A stretch of 64,000 nucleotides of DNA. Origin: Octopus vulgaris (Eukaryota). Within the stretch, counting starts at the first letter, position 1, and every line of letters starts with the position of its first letter. The stretch covers positions 99,510,001-99,574,000 of the forward strand of contig OX597822.1 of NCBI GenBank assembly GCA_951406725.2. The letters run 5' to 3'. Below are positions 49,796 to 61,868 of the stretch, piece by piece. The translations under genes were made by a program, and so were the position numbers. The notes below the pieces were generated by a model. The model saw nothing but the letters and a program-made list of their open reading frames with translations. It did not search any database and was not told where the DNA came from.

Positions 49796-51375
49796 TATGT
49801 ACACTCACCCACACAACAGGCTTCTATCAGTTTTCATACACTAAATCCACTCACAAGGGTTTTGGTTAACCCAGGGCTACAATAAAAAACATTTGCCAAA
49901 GGTGCGATGCAGTGGGACTGAAACCAAAACCATGTGGCTGGTAAAAAAAGAAAAACTTCTTAACCCCACGGTCACACCTATACCTATAAGTAATCTGCAT
50001 AAAACCATTTTAGTATTTTTACTTCATAGCAAAAATCTCTTTAGCATACTGAAGACAGCTTGTATGTTGAGAACCTGTACAATATAATTTATATACAAAG
50101 CCTTAAATTTCAATTCAGTCCACCACCACAGCTACCATCCCTGTCCACCCTATTTCTCCATTGAAAATGAAGAGCCACATTTGTTTTATATAATCAACAC
50201 ATGCCATTTGATGAACTTTCTCAGATTTCAGCTCTTCCACTTAAAGAGAAAAATGAGAATATTACTCAATAGTACACAGTCTGGACGTCTGTCAGTATAA
50301 ATTTCCAATATTAATAGCAAAAAACATAAAGAAGATAATATAATATTTTGTTACCTACTTCACTAGACTTACAAATTTATCCATCAGTTAATATTCTCAT
50401 ATATAAATATTAATATCTTTTTGTATGCAGTTCCCTTTCAACTACAGTACATTAGCATTCCAGACACTCTCAGAGTCGCTAAATGTAATCTATCCATTAT
50501 TTAAAGTTAAGTATGTATTGTATGTTTATTTCACAGGAAAGAAATAGCTAAAATTCCTTAACCTGGCAGCAATAAACATCAACCAAATACATTTAGGTGA
50601 GTAGTTTTGCCTTCACCCATATTAGTTCTTTTGTGTTTTTTTTTTCTCTCCTTTATAGGCTTGTGATTAAAGAGTTTAGTCTTCAATCATGTAGTTCTGT
50701 GCTTGATCCCATCATGTGATACCTTTGGCCCTAGGTTGCCAAATGCTTTATGAAAGGAACTTTCAAAGTTGGAAACTGTGGGGAAACCCATCATTCATAC
50801 ACACAGACAGGTGTGTCCATAATTAATGGTTATTAAAGCTTGTATTGTTTTTGTTGCGTCTCTTCATGTCTAGTAAATTAACAGTTCCACGCCTAAAGAT
50901 CAATGGAACAAGCACCAGACAGAAATCAATCGAACCAACTAGATCTATGGAAGGGATGCTTTAATATAGCAGAAACCTAGTAAAAACTAAAACCAGTAAA
51001 GAACAAAAATAAATAAATTAATAAAAAATGTTGAGACTATGTGAATCTTGCTCCTAGAAACCCAACATCCAAGATTCCACATAACCTTTGCTGCATTTAA
51101 ATTCCATCTATCATTTAGACTCAAATCACTTCTAAGTTCTTTGCAAATAACCAGTTAACTACAGTCTACTGTCATCCACCTTACCAATTTATACTGCAGA
51201 AAAAGAATTGCCTTGAAGCTACAAATAGGAAAAAGTTAAACTCTGCATAAAAGTTTTAAGAACTTCAGCTAAATATATTTTATGTTTTCAGTTATTTTAT
51301 GAGTTTTTGTCAAAAGTGAGAAAACTAAAATCTTTTAGAATGTATTAATTCTATTAATTCAACTCGTTGAATTAA

Positions 51376-51563
51376 TCATCATCATCATCATCACCGTTTA
51401 ACGTCCGCTTTCCATGCTAGCATGGGTTGGACGATTTTGACTGAGGGCTGGCAAACCAGATGGCTGCACCAGGCTCCAATCTTGATCTGGCAGAGTTTCT
51501 ACAGCTGGATGCCCTTCCTAACGCCAACCACTCCAAGAGTGTAGTGGGTGCTTTTTACGTGCC
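51376..51563 (-). mobile_element. Family C element, 5'-truncated
   Basis: (cat)n ccgtttaacgtccgctttccatgctagc...ggtgctttttacgtgcca. Confidence 0.9.
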
Positions 51564-51725
51564 AGTAATCTAATGGACCATTAAGGATACCACCAACCAA
51601 GAAAACCTCCAGACCCCAAAGAAATGTATTTTATTAGTCAACAATTCTTAATTTCTCACTTGTCATCTAAAAGTCAAAATATATAGTTATAAGAAGTGAA
51701 AACAAATGTTAAATAGGAACAAAAT

Positions 51726-51771
51726 GTTGTAGTGCACCTGAGCACTGTACACAATGTTTTATTATTATTAT
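51726..51771 (+). mobile_element. Tail-only CR1 insertion
   Basis: 30 bp identical to the reverse complement of 53692-53721, plus (att)n. Confidence 0.85.
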
Positions 51772-52454
51772 AAAATTTGATCATAAAGTTAAAAATTAAA
51801 ATATATAAAAAAAAGACTTAAACTCAATGAAGAATGGAGTTGTGAAATTAAACTTTCTGAATGGTGACAAAGAAATGAGTTTCAAGTTCTTTCCAGCGAA
51901 GCTGATAAAACTACATTGGTTAAGCAAGTAAATAAAATATGAAAATCAGATATTTACTATAGAACTACACTGTTTTATTTTGTGATAAATTTGCTATCGC
52001 AAAACAAAAAGCATTAACATAAAACTCCATGCAACAATTAAAATTTTTCAAAAATAAAATAAACTGTATTATATAAATTACATTTATAAACTGCATTGTT
52101 GTAGTGTTGCCATATGTAGGTTACAGGTGTTTTCCTAACCAAATCTAGACAGGAGAGGTAGACAGACAGAAGAAATGCAATAGGTTGATTATACTATTAT
52201 GAATGTAGTTAAATGAAAAACTGGAATGTAGAATAAATAAATACAAGAATCCAGTTTCCAGTGAAAAACTGAAAATACTTAAGATTGTGTTGACACAACT
52301 AATCCTGTTGCTATATTTCTACTAGACTACCGTTAACACAGTCTCTGTTTCAATTAATCTTGAATTTACAGTTATTACAAAAAACCTTGTCATTTTAATA
52401 AATTGGTAATCGGAAGAAAAAGTAGTGTGAAATTTTGAATGGAAATCACATTAA

Positions 52455-52990
52455 CCCTTCTGATACCAATCCACCTCAGACTATCCCTTAGTTCTATAAT
52501 GTAAACTTCCTGCTTCAGACAGATCTAAATTTAACCCTTTAGTATTTAAACCGGCTATATCCGGCCAAAATAGTTAATGTGTTTTATGTTCAAACTGACC
52601 AGATCCAGGGTCTCACACCTACCCAACAATGTTATTCTACATTAAGTAATTACACCATCAAGATCTTTAGCATTCAGATTACATAGTCAAATATAATGCT
52701 TTTTCATTCACATTTTAAAAAAATTAATTCTGTATTAAATTGTAGCTTTGAGATTTCAAAGATGTGATTACTTATTTTTAGAATGACATTGCAGGGTATA
52801 TATGAAAGACTGGATCTGGCCAGTTTGAACATAAGACAGAATATTTGAACTGAACATGCCCGGTGCCAACAAAATTCACTCACAAAGCATCGGTTGGCCT
52901 GAGGCTTTAGTACAAAAAACATGATGTCACAGAGTAGGGCTGAACCCAAAACCATGTGGTTGAAAAGCAAGCTTCTTAACCATACAGCCA
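52455..52990. mobile_element. M1b end, two opposed M2 pieces (52535-52664, 52665-52865) and a SINE-B head fragment
   Basis: TTAA at 52451 and 52531; family motifs. Confidence 0.7.
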
Positions 52991-53620
52991 TTCATTCTAT
53001 TGGCCATGTAGGAATGACCATGATCACCACATGAAATGTAGATGACTGAAGCTATAATACTGCAGTCTGTTATTCCAGTCCTCCAAACCATTTCTGTTAC
53101 TTTGCTGATTCAACAACTAATCATAAAAGCATGAAATAAGTTTATTTCAAAATTCCTTTAGTGTTTCAAATCTCTAGTTAATGCAGCTTTATAACTCCAT
53201 TTCCAGGTAAGAATTATGCTTGAATTTAAGAAGAACTCCAAGCATTAGGTTTTGGGACATAGAAATAGAATACTAATTCCGAATAGCTTTACAACATATC
53301 ATGATTATTACCGATGTATTTCTGTGCTTCAATTAACCAAACGAAAATCTTAGTAACAGAAGCCCAGAAGATAGTCATCGTTCAACAGTAAACTCAACAA
53401 CAGATTAGTCTTATGCGACCAATATCAGTAAGCGTATTACTCAACACATTTCTGTTGTGTAGCTATGATCTAAGAAATTATCGTAATTCCTGATGAAATA
53501 TAGAATTTCTATGTTTAAATCAGAAATGTTCCTAGATTCTCATTTAGATTATCAAGAAGGATAATTTCAAAGTAACGTATCAGAAGAAGGAAGAGGAAGA
53601 TGAAAATGTTGATGATGATG

Positions 53621-53693
<73 letters not shown>

Positions 53694-54204
53694 TGTGTAC
53701 AGTGCTCAGGTGCACTACAACTCATCTAAAGTGTATATATAATCAGGTGTAGTTTCGGCGGATTTCGGAAAGCATGAGGGCCTTAAAAGATGCAGTGTCA
53801 TGGCAGTCAACAACTGACGCAGGCAGTTTATTCCATGCTTCAGCAACTCTGAGCGTGAAAAAATGTTTCCGAAAGTCATGGGAGCTGTATTGTTTTCTGA
53901 CTTTGTAGGCATGTCCACATGTGTTAGACACATGGAGATCAAAAAGGTGTTCAGTGTTGTTGTTGGTGAGGTGGTTGATAACTTTGTGGGTGTTTACCAA
54001 GTCCGTCGCCAAACGCCGGAGCTTCAGTGAATCCATACCCAGGGAAACAAGGCGCTCAGAATATGGTAGGTGTCTGATGGAGGGTATGCGTTTGGTTGCA
54101 CGTCTCTGGACAGATTCCAGGAGGTCAATGTTCTGTGCAAGATAGGGGTTCCAAACTGATGATGCGAATTCCAAGTGTGGTCGTACCATAGCTGTATACA
54201 GTTT
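53621..54204 (-). mobile_element. CR1 LINE, 5'-truncated (ORF2 C-terminus, 3' stem-loop, (ATT)n tail)
   Basis: KLYTAMVRPHLEFASSVWNPY...LESVQRRATK...YSERL..L...SLKLRR...RKHFFTLRVAEAWNKLP..VV...ASFK; tail stem agtgc-acctga-gcact. Confidence 0.95.
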
Positions 54205-54206
54205 TA

Positions 54207-54770
54207 ATGATGATGATGATGATGAAGAAAATGAAGGAGAAGAGGAAAGAGAAGAGAAAAGAGAACAGGAAGGTGAGGAAAGAGAAGAGGAGAAAGAAGG
54301 AGAGGGGGAGGAAAAAGAGGAAGGAAAGGAGGAAGAAGGAAGAGGAAGATGAAAACGTTGATGTTGATGATGATGAAGAAAAGGAGGAAGGTGAAGAGGA
54401 AGAGAAAAGAGAACAGGAAGGTGCGGAAAGAGAAAAAGGAAAAAGAGGAAGGAAAGAAGGAAAAGGAAGACGAAGATGAAAATGGTGATGATGATGATGA
54501 TGATGAAGAAAAGGAGGAAGAAGAGGAAAGAGAAGAGGAAGAGAAAAGCGAACAGGAAGGTGAGGAAAGAGAAAAGGAGAAAGAAGGAGAGGAGGAGGAA
54601 AAAGAGGAAGGAAAGGAGGAAAAAGGAAGAGGAAGATGAAAATGGTGATGATGATGATGATGATGAAGAAAAGGAGGAAGAAGAGGAAAAAGTGGAAGGA
54701 GAAGAGGAAAGAAAAGAGGAAGAGAAAAGAGAACAGAAGGAGAGGAGGAGGAAGAAGAAGAAGAAGAAAA
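54207..54770. repeat. Purine-rich (GA) minisatellite with 125-160-bp units
   Basis: gaagatgaaaa(c/t)g(t/g)tgatg recurs at about 53596, 54345, 54472 and 54632. Confidence 0.9.
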
Positions 54771-55238
54771 ATAAAAAGTTTCACCTGATCTGAAAGATGT
54801 CTGACTTCAGGCTAATATTTTTGGAAACAATCATTTTCCTTAAAGATTTTACAGCTAAATAACCATCTACACGTTTCTATAAGCGGGAATTCATATATTC
54901 CTACATGTATATACACAGACACACACACATGGCTGTGTGATTCCAATCATGTGACACCTTCTCTAGGCACCTTTTCCTACACCTTTGAGGTGATACTGCA
55001 TTTAAAGATGGAAATTATACAGAAACCTGTTATATAGGCATGTGCGCGTGCACGTTGAGTGCATGCGTGCATTTTTGCAGATACTTTGAGGTAGTGGTGA
55101 CATTGTTTATGCTTTTCATAAACAAAATATCTGGCAGCAGTTCCATGTGTAAAAGACATGGAATACAAAGAACCTTAGTCAAAACCTAACATGTGGTATC
55201 AGGAAGAGTATCCATTTGTAGAACATGGCCTCAAGAAG

Positions 55239-55318
<80 letters not shown>

Positions 55319-55406
55319 AAATATGAATTAGAAATAAAACCACTATTATGCAACTCAAACAGTGATACACATAAACCAATACATAAATATTATTATTATA
55401 TATGTG

Positions 55407-55475
<69 letters not shown>
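55239..55475. repeat. (TA)n/(TG)n microsatellites
   Basis: Direct. Confidence 0.95.
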
Positions 55476-55761
55476 TAAATTAGAACGCATATATATAAAA
55501 TCATGAAATCGAAAAATTATATATTGATCTTATATATGTATATATATATTAAAATGGTCTATGACTATTTATTTTTTCCCACTGGGCCGCTGGTGGCAAA
55601 AAAATTCTACAAAATTTTCCTTGCCACCCTATATTGATTAATTATATATATATATATTTATAAATATATATGTATATATATATGTATATACGTTTAAATA
55701 TTTGTTGTGCAAGATTTTTTATGTGAAGTCGTGTGTTGAAACAGATATTGTTGTATTTAGG

Positions 55762-55957
55762 AATGCAGTATCACCTCAAAGGTGTAGGAAAAGGTGCCTA
55801 CAGAAGGTGTCACATGATTGGAAGCACACAGCCATGTGTGTGTGTCTGTGTATATACATGTAGGAATATATGCATCCCCACTTATAGGGTTAATTTTTAG
55901 CTTAATATTAATGTTTCCTTACAAGGATCTGATTAATATGTGTGTGTACATGTGTAT
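55762..55957. repeat. Chimeric local duplication (inverted copy of 54877-55002 joined to a direct copy of 56510-56582)
   Basis: Direct alignment by eye; TAG shared at the junction. Confidence 0.85.
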
Positions 55958-56899
55958 ATGTATATATATATGTATATATATATCACTCTCTGAGTATGAG
56001 CTCTGAGGGTCCAAAGCTAAACATCAAATAAAACAGTCGGGAATAGGAAAAATGAAAGCAATTGCCTAACAGTATCAAATTTAACAATATCTTTCTCGTA
56101 TTACAATTTACTTTTACAAGAATCTAACTTTCTCCTTTAGCAAACACAACAAAGAATAGATTTCTTTTAACTTCATGATAAGAGAATAATTCAAGCAACA
56201 AAACAAAGCAAAAAAAATAAAAAAAAAAAAAACTTTCTCTCCTATACTTTTCACCTTTTCAGGTTAATAAAGACAAGTGTATTCTTTGTTTGCAAGACAA
56301 TGTCATGGAAATGGATAATTGTAATCTGTTAACATGAGATCAATAACTAAATCTAGCTATTGGGGAAACTGCAATATCTTTACTTTCAAATTATCATATG
56401 TTGAAAATTACACACAAAACAAGAATATTGTTTTGCTTTAATCAATTGAGTTGATATAACGTAATTTAGAGCAATTTCAATAACTATATCTAGGTTGAAA
56501 AGGTTATGCTAGGGTTAATTTTTAGCTTAATATTAATGTTTCCGTCCAAGGATCTGATCAATATATGTGTGTGCATGTGTATTATGGGTTTATATATCTA
56601 TAGCTGTATGTGTGTGTATATATATACACACACATATGTACAAATACATAAGTATGTATGTGTGTTTATATACATACATATGCACACAAAATCTGATTTC
56701 CTGATTGGAATTTGAGAGACTATCATTACTTGTCCATTTTAGAAAATGATAAATCTGACTGATGCAATAGTCTGTTTCAACAAATAAGAAAACGATACAC
56801 TGGAGGAAATCATTAATATGATCAGCTTCTAGTTGTTGTTCAAAGAGGGGTCCTGGGAATGTAGTGGAATACTCTTGTTGTACAGCAAATCTTGGTTAA

Positions 56900-57119
56900 C
56901 CCTTTAGTGTTCAGATTCCTCTGTTAAACGTAATACTTTTTCACTCAAATTGTTTTTAATTAATCATGCATCATCTTATAGCTTTGAGGTTTCAATGACG
57001 TGATTGTTCATTTTCAGAATGTCAATGTAGGTTAGGTGTGAGAGGCCTGATCTGGTCAGTTTAAACATAAAATAGGTAGAAAACTTTGGCCAGATATGGC
57101 CAGTTTAAACAGTAATGGG
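56900..57119. mobile_element. MITE M2
   Basis: TTAA at 56896 and 57120. Confidence 0.88.
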
Positions 57120-57274
57120 TTAAATCCAAACCAACCAAAGTTTCACACAAATGGAATATTTTTCTGGTAAAGAAGCACATATAAATTTTGGAGAAAATAC
57201 TCTTTACAGTTAAATGTAATATAAATCATAAGCACTCGATTAATTTCAGTGATTTTCTCTTTTAGTAAAATTGG

Positions 57275-57382
57275 CGTAGAAACACTGCCAGATCAGACTA
57301 GAGCCTGGTGTAGCCTCCTGGCTTCCCAGACCCCAGTCGAACCGTCCAAACTATGCTAGCATGGAAAATGGACACTAAATGA
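57275..57382 (+). mobile_element. Family C 3' fragment
   Basis: gtagaaacactgccagatcagac...atgctagcatggaaaatggac. Confidence 0.85.
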
Positions 57383-57408
57383 TATATATGTATGTATGTA
57401 TGTGTGTA

Positions 57409-57452
<44 letters not shown>

Positions 57453-57847
57453 CACACACACACACATAAATCAAAACAAGCAGATTCACACGTGCAATGA
57501 AAGGAAAGCTTGTGCAACCCATACCCTTCCTGCACTGACATACACATGATTCAGTAGCTGAGGATGAGTTTCATCTTACCATTCAATTTTCAATAGCCTG
57601 ATTATCGCTGAAATGTCCTATCATCAATAACAATTAGACAACAATACCACTGAGGAACCAGTGAAATAAATAATTTTTTCAAGAATATAGCTTACATTGT
57701 TGACATCAAATTTGACTTCTGTTTCGAAGGTAATAAATTTTACTCGAAACCCCAATACACAAGTAAATAAATTTTGAAGTAGACAAGTAATAAATATTCT
57801 TCAAAACAGCTACTTTGGGGATTATAGTTATTTATTGTTTAGAATAT

Positions 57848-58354
57848 AGGTGCAAGCATAGCTTAGTCTGGTTAAAATTTTGCTTCCAAACCATGTGATT
57901 TTAGGTTCGGTTCCATTGCATGGCACCAAAGACAACCCTACACTGATTAAACAGGAAGAAGCCCATTATGTGTGTGTGTGTGTGTGTGTGCACGCGTGCA
58001 TGTGTGAAGGTGCATGGCTCAGTGGTTAGAGCATCGAGCTTACAATCATGAGATTGAGAGCTTGAATCCCAGACTGCGCTGCGTGTTGTGTTCTTGAGCA
58101 AGACACTTTATTTCACATTGCTCCAGTTCGCTCACCTGTAGAAATGAGTTGCGACATCACAGGTGCCAAGCTGTAACAGCCTTTGCCTTTCCCTTGGACA
58201 ACATTGGTGACATGGGAAGAAGAGGCTGGTATGCATGGGCGACTGCTGGTCTTCCATAAACAACCTTGCCCGGACATGTGCCTGGGAAGGTAACTTTCTA
58301 AGTGCAATCCCATGGTTAGTCATGACCGAAGGGGGCCTCAGCAGCATCAGCTCA

Positions 58355-58407
<53 letters not shown>

Positions 58408-58920
58408 TACAACATCATCATTACCCTGTAACGTCTGTTTTCAATGCTGGCATGGGTTGGACAGTTTGACCAGAGCTGGCAATCTGGAGAGCTGCACTGG
58501 GTTCCAGACTGATCTGACTTGATTTCTACAACTGGATGCCCTTCCTAATGCCAACCACTTTACAGTGTGTAGTGGGTACTTCTAATGTAGCATCGGTATG
58601 AGTGCTGTTATGTGGCACTGGCATGAGAGCTTTTTATGTGACACCGGCACAGTACCATGTGAGTGTGTGTATGCGTGAATGAGTTTGTACCATGTTTTGA
58701 CATGACTTGATAGTTGTAAATCAGTTGCACAGACAAAATTCATTTCCAGTCTTCCATGAAAACATGCTTAGTTATGGGGAAGTATTGCCTTATTTGGAAA
58801 CAAAATAAGAAGGGTGACAGGAAGGGTATCCAACAATAGAAAATCTACTTTGAAGAATTTCTGCCAAACCCATGCAAGCATGGAAAAGTAGACATAATGA
58901 CAATGACGATGATAATGATT
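57848..58920 (+). mobile_element. SINE-B/RTE-tail host with nested SINE-D (58008-58340) and antisense family C (58413-58650)
   Basis: Head at 57848-57968, tail at 58690-58920; SINE-D has tggctcagtggttagagc and gttcttgagcaagacacttt. Confidence 0.8.
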
Positions 58921-59572
58921 ATTGTTCAAATACTTTGAAAGCATTACTCTTGTTCTAAAAAATAATGACCAAAACCATTCTATCACGAAATATAAAGTAT
59001 TATCTGAAATGATTAAAAAAGAAACAAAAAAGCTATTGTTTAATAGTCTGATTTACTATATCACTTAGTATTTTAATGTTCACCTTGTTACAATTGACAG
59101 ACAAGGTTCCACCTTACCTTCCACTGATATATGTTACAGCACACACTTTGAAGTATTCATCATATGAATACTTGAAACCATATGCATCCATGCACACAAT
59201 CACGTACATTGACAATCTATGATGTGCCAATTAACTTTTAGAGCTCACACAGGGAGAGATAATTGTGTGCCAAATTCCTGAAGCAGAATACCTTCTATCA
59301 ATATTTTATATCTACTAGACATTGTATGAAACAAAAGAATGATCAACCCAGCACTTGTTTGGGAAATTTTACACGCCAATATTCTCAAAGGAAAAACCAA
59401 AACTTTAAAATAAAAAAAAATAAAAAAATTAATGTTGCCTAGGGTTAACTTTGAGGTAATCTGTGGGAACAATAATAGTAACAACTACTAGTGACTGAGA
59501 TAAAAAAAAAAAAGAAAGAAAACATGTAACAACATAAAACAAATAATGTTTTCTAAGAGAAAACATAATTAT

Positions 59573-60763
59573 GATGAGCTGGCAAAATTGTTAGTGGGTC
59601 AGACAGAATGCTTAGCAATATTTCTTTTGGATCCTAATGTTCTGGAAAAAAATCTTTCTGAGGCTAATTTTGCCTTTCATCCTTTCAGGATTTACAAAAT
59701 AAAGTAGAAACCAAGTACTGGGGTTGAAGCAATCAATTTGCTCCCTCCCCTAAAATTGCTAGCCTTGCACCAAAATCACCATTATTATTATTAAAGTGGC
59801 GAGCTGGCAGAATCATTAGCACACTGGGCAAAATACTTAGTGGCATTTCGTCCGTCCTTACATTCTGAGTTCAAATTCTGCCAAGCTCAACTTTATCTTT
59901 TGTCCTTTCAAAGCCAATGTAATTGACTAGTCCCCCACCTCCCACTCAAATCTCAGGCCTTGTGCCTATAGTAGAAAGGATTATTATTATTATTATTAAG
60001 GTGGCAAGCTGACAGAATCATTAGCACGTTGGGTAAAGTGCTTAGTGGCATTTTATCTGTCCTTACATTCCAAGTTCAAATTCAGCCAAGGTCAACTTTG
60101 CCTTTCATCCTTTCGGGGCTGGTAAAATAAGTACCAGTTATGCACTGGGGTCAACATAATCAACTAGCCCCTTCCCTCAAAATTTCAGGCCTTGTGCCTA
60201 GAGTAGAAAGGATCATTATTATTATTATTATTATTATTAAAAGATGACAAACAGACAGAATCATTAGAGCATAGGATGGTAAGCCAGCAAAATAGTGTTG
60301 GAGAAAGGCCTTGTTGAATTTGTTCCAGCTCTTTAGATCCGAGTTCAAATACCATTGATGTTAACTTTGCTTATATTCTTCTAGGGTCAATACAATAAAG
60401 TAACAGTTAAGTACTGGGATTGATTTAATCAATTAAACCTGCTCTCCTGAAAGCTGATGAACTTGTGCCTATATTGATAGTTATCATTAACGGCAGCAAA
60501 CTCACAGAATCATTAAAGAGTCAGAAGATCTTTCAGTATTTACCCCAGCCTTTCACATTCTGAATTTAAATCCTGATGAGGTCAACTTTGCCTTCAGTGG
60601 CATTTTGTCCATCTTTATATTCTGGATCCAAATTCTGCCAAGATCGACTTCGCCTTTCATCTTTTCAGGGTTGATAAAAGGACCAGCTGAATCCCAGGGT
60701 TGATGTAATTGACTTACCCCCTCCCCAAATTTGCTTGCCTTGTGTCAAAATTTGAAATCATTA
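59573..60763 (+). mobile_element. Head-to-tail array of six diverged SINE-A copies
   Basis: Copies start at about 59573, 59795, 59999, 60241, 60491 and 60595; most are separated by (ATT)n tails. Confidence 0.85.
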
Positions 60764-60837
60764 GTTCAGGTTTATATCTTTCCATGGTTTTCTTTTTTCC
60801 TTTTCATGCAATCTTGTGCATTCTTTATATTCCTTAA

Positions 60838-61236
60838 CCCTTAAGCATTTAGACTGGCCATATCCAACCAAAATAATCTACCTGTTTTTATCTTCAAACT
60901 GGCCAAATCCAGAATTTCACACCTACCCTACAATATTATTTTAAAAATAAACAATCACATCATCAAAATCTTAAACCTACAAGGTAACACCATAATTACG
61001 GTGGCACGTAAAAAGCACCCACTACACTCACGGAGTAGTTGGCATTAGGAAGGGCATCCAGCTGTAGAAACTCTGCCAAATCAGACTGGAGCCTGGTGCA
61101 GCCTCCTGGCTTCCCAGACGCCGGTTGAACCGTCCAACCCATGCTAGCATGGGAAACGGACGTTAAATGATGATGATGATGATCAATATGAATAAATAAG
61201 CATTACATTTGACAGAGAAATCTGAATGCCAAAGGA
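60838..61236. mobile_element. MITE M2 with a family C insertion (61000-61183)
   Basis: TTAA at 60834; M2 resumes after (gat)n. Confidence 0.85.
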
Positions 61237-61456
61237 CTAAGTCATCCAAAGATCAAAGAGAATCTAATACTAAGTGAACTAAGAGATGATTCATGACAGT
61301 TTATATTGTTGCATAGCCACAGGAAAAGATTCCACATTATACCCACCATTCCACTTTGGTATTTCTGGTTAGGTAAAATTCAACAAAGTCAATTAAGACA
61401 TTATAACTTATCCCACAGACTGAAAGCCCTTTCACAAAAATTTTCTGCTAGTTTAA

Positions 61457-61868
61457 CCCTTTTGATAGCAACATACTTGAGACTGACCCTGGTTCTGTGA
61501 TACAAGTTCTATTTTAAAATAATCTAGATTAAAACCTTCAACCAAAATGGGTGCTAGTTAAATAAGGGTCAAATTATTTTACAAAATTCCTCATTATCTC
61601 CAAAATTAAGTGAATTTCAATGAATAATATAATAACAAAAGGGTTAACCTTTCTGTTATATGTTTCTGCTGAAATACATAGCCTTTGTTTCAATTAGTAT
61701 TGAAATTAATGAAGAATTTAATAAAAATAACTTTATTTACAAGCCAGTGGTTAGAATATAAATCAACATGAAATTTTGGTGGAAGGTTATAATTTAGATA
61801 ACTTTAAAACAGGAAATTTATATCTTAGATATCAGAGGTAGTCTTGGACAGATTAAAACCAAAGGCCT
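61457..61868. mobile_element. Two M1b MITEs in inverted orientation sharing one TTAA
   Basis: Junction aaaagggTTAAcctttc at 61644-61647. Confidence 0.8.

Larger units (their letters stand above)
48430..49985 (-). mobile_element. SINE-B/RTE-tail host containing nested Penelope-like and family C inserts
   Basis: Tail at 48430-48660, head at 49815-49985, inserts between. Confidence 0.7.

Noticed and set aside
50536-50596. Exon-like segment (tttcacag ... ttag|gtgagt)
   Set aside because: Stops in all three frames; cannot be supported without RNA data
54125-54784. 219-aa F/L/S/P-rich ORF
   Set aside because: Antisense reading of the GA minisatellite; no domain features
57646-57675. ctgagga-accagt-gaaa hammerhead-like core
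   Set aside because: No stem I or stem III pairing; a simple short hairpin explains it
59147-59177. Short palindromes (also 48217-48240 and 51353-51376)
   Set aside because: Arms of 14 bp or less in AT-rich DNA could be chance or small repair scars
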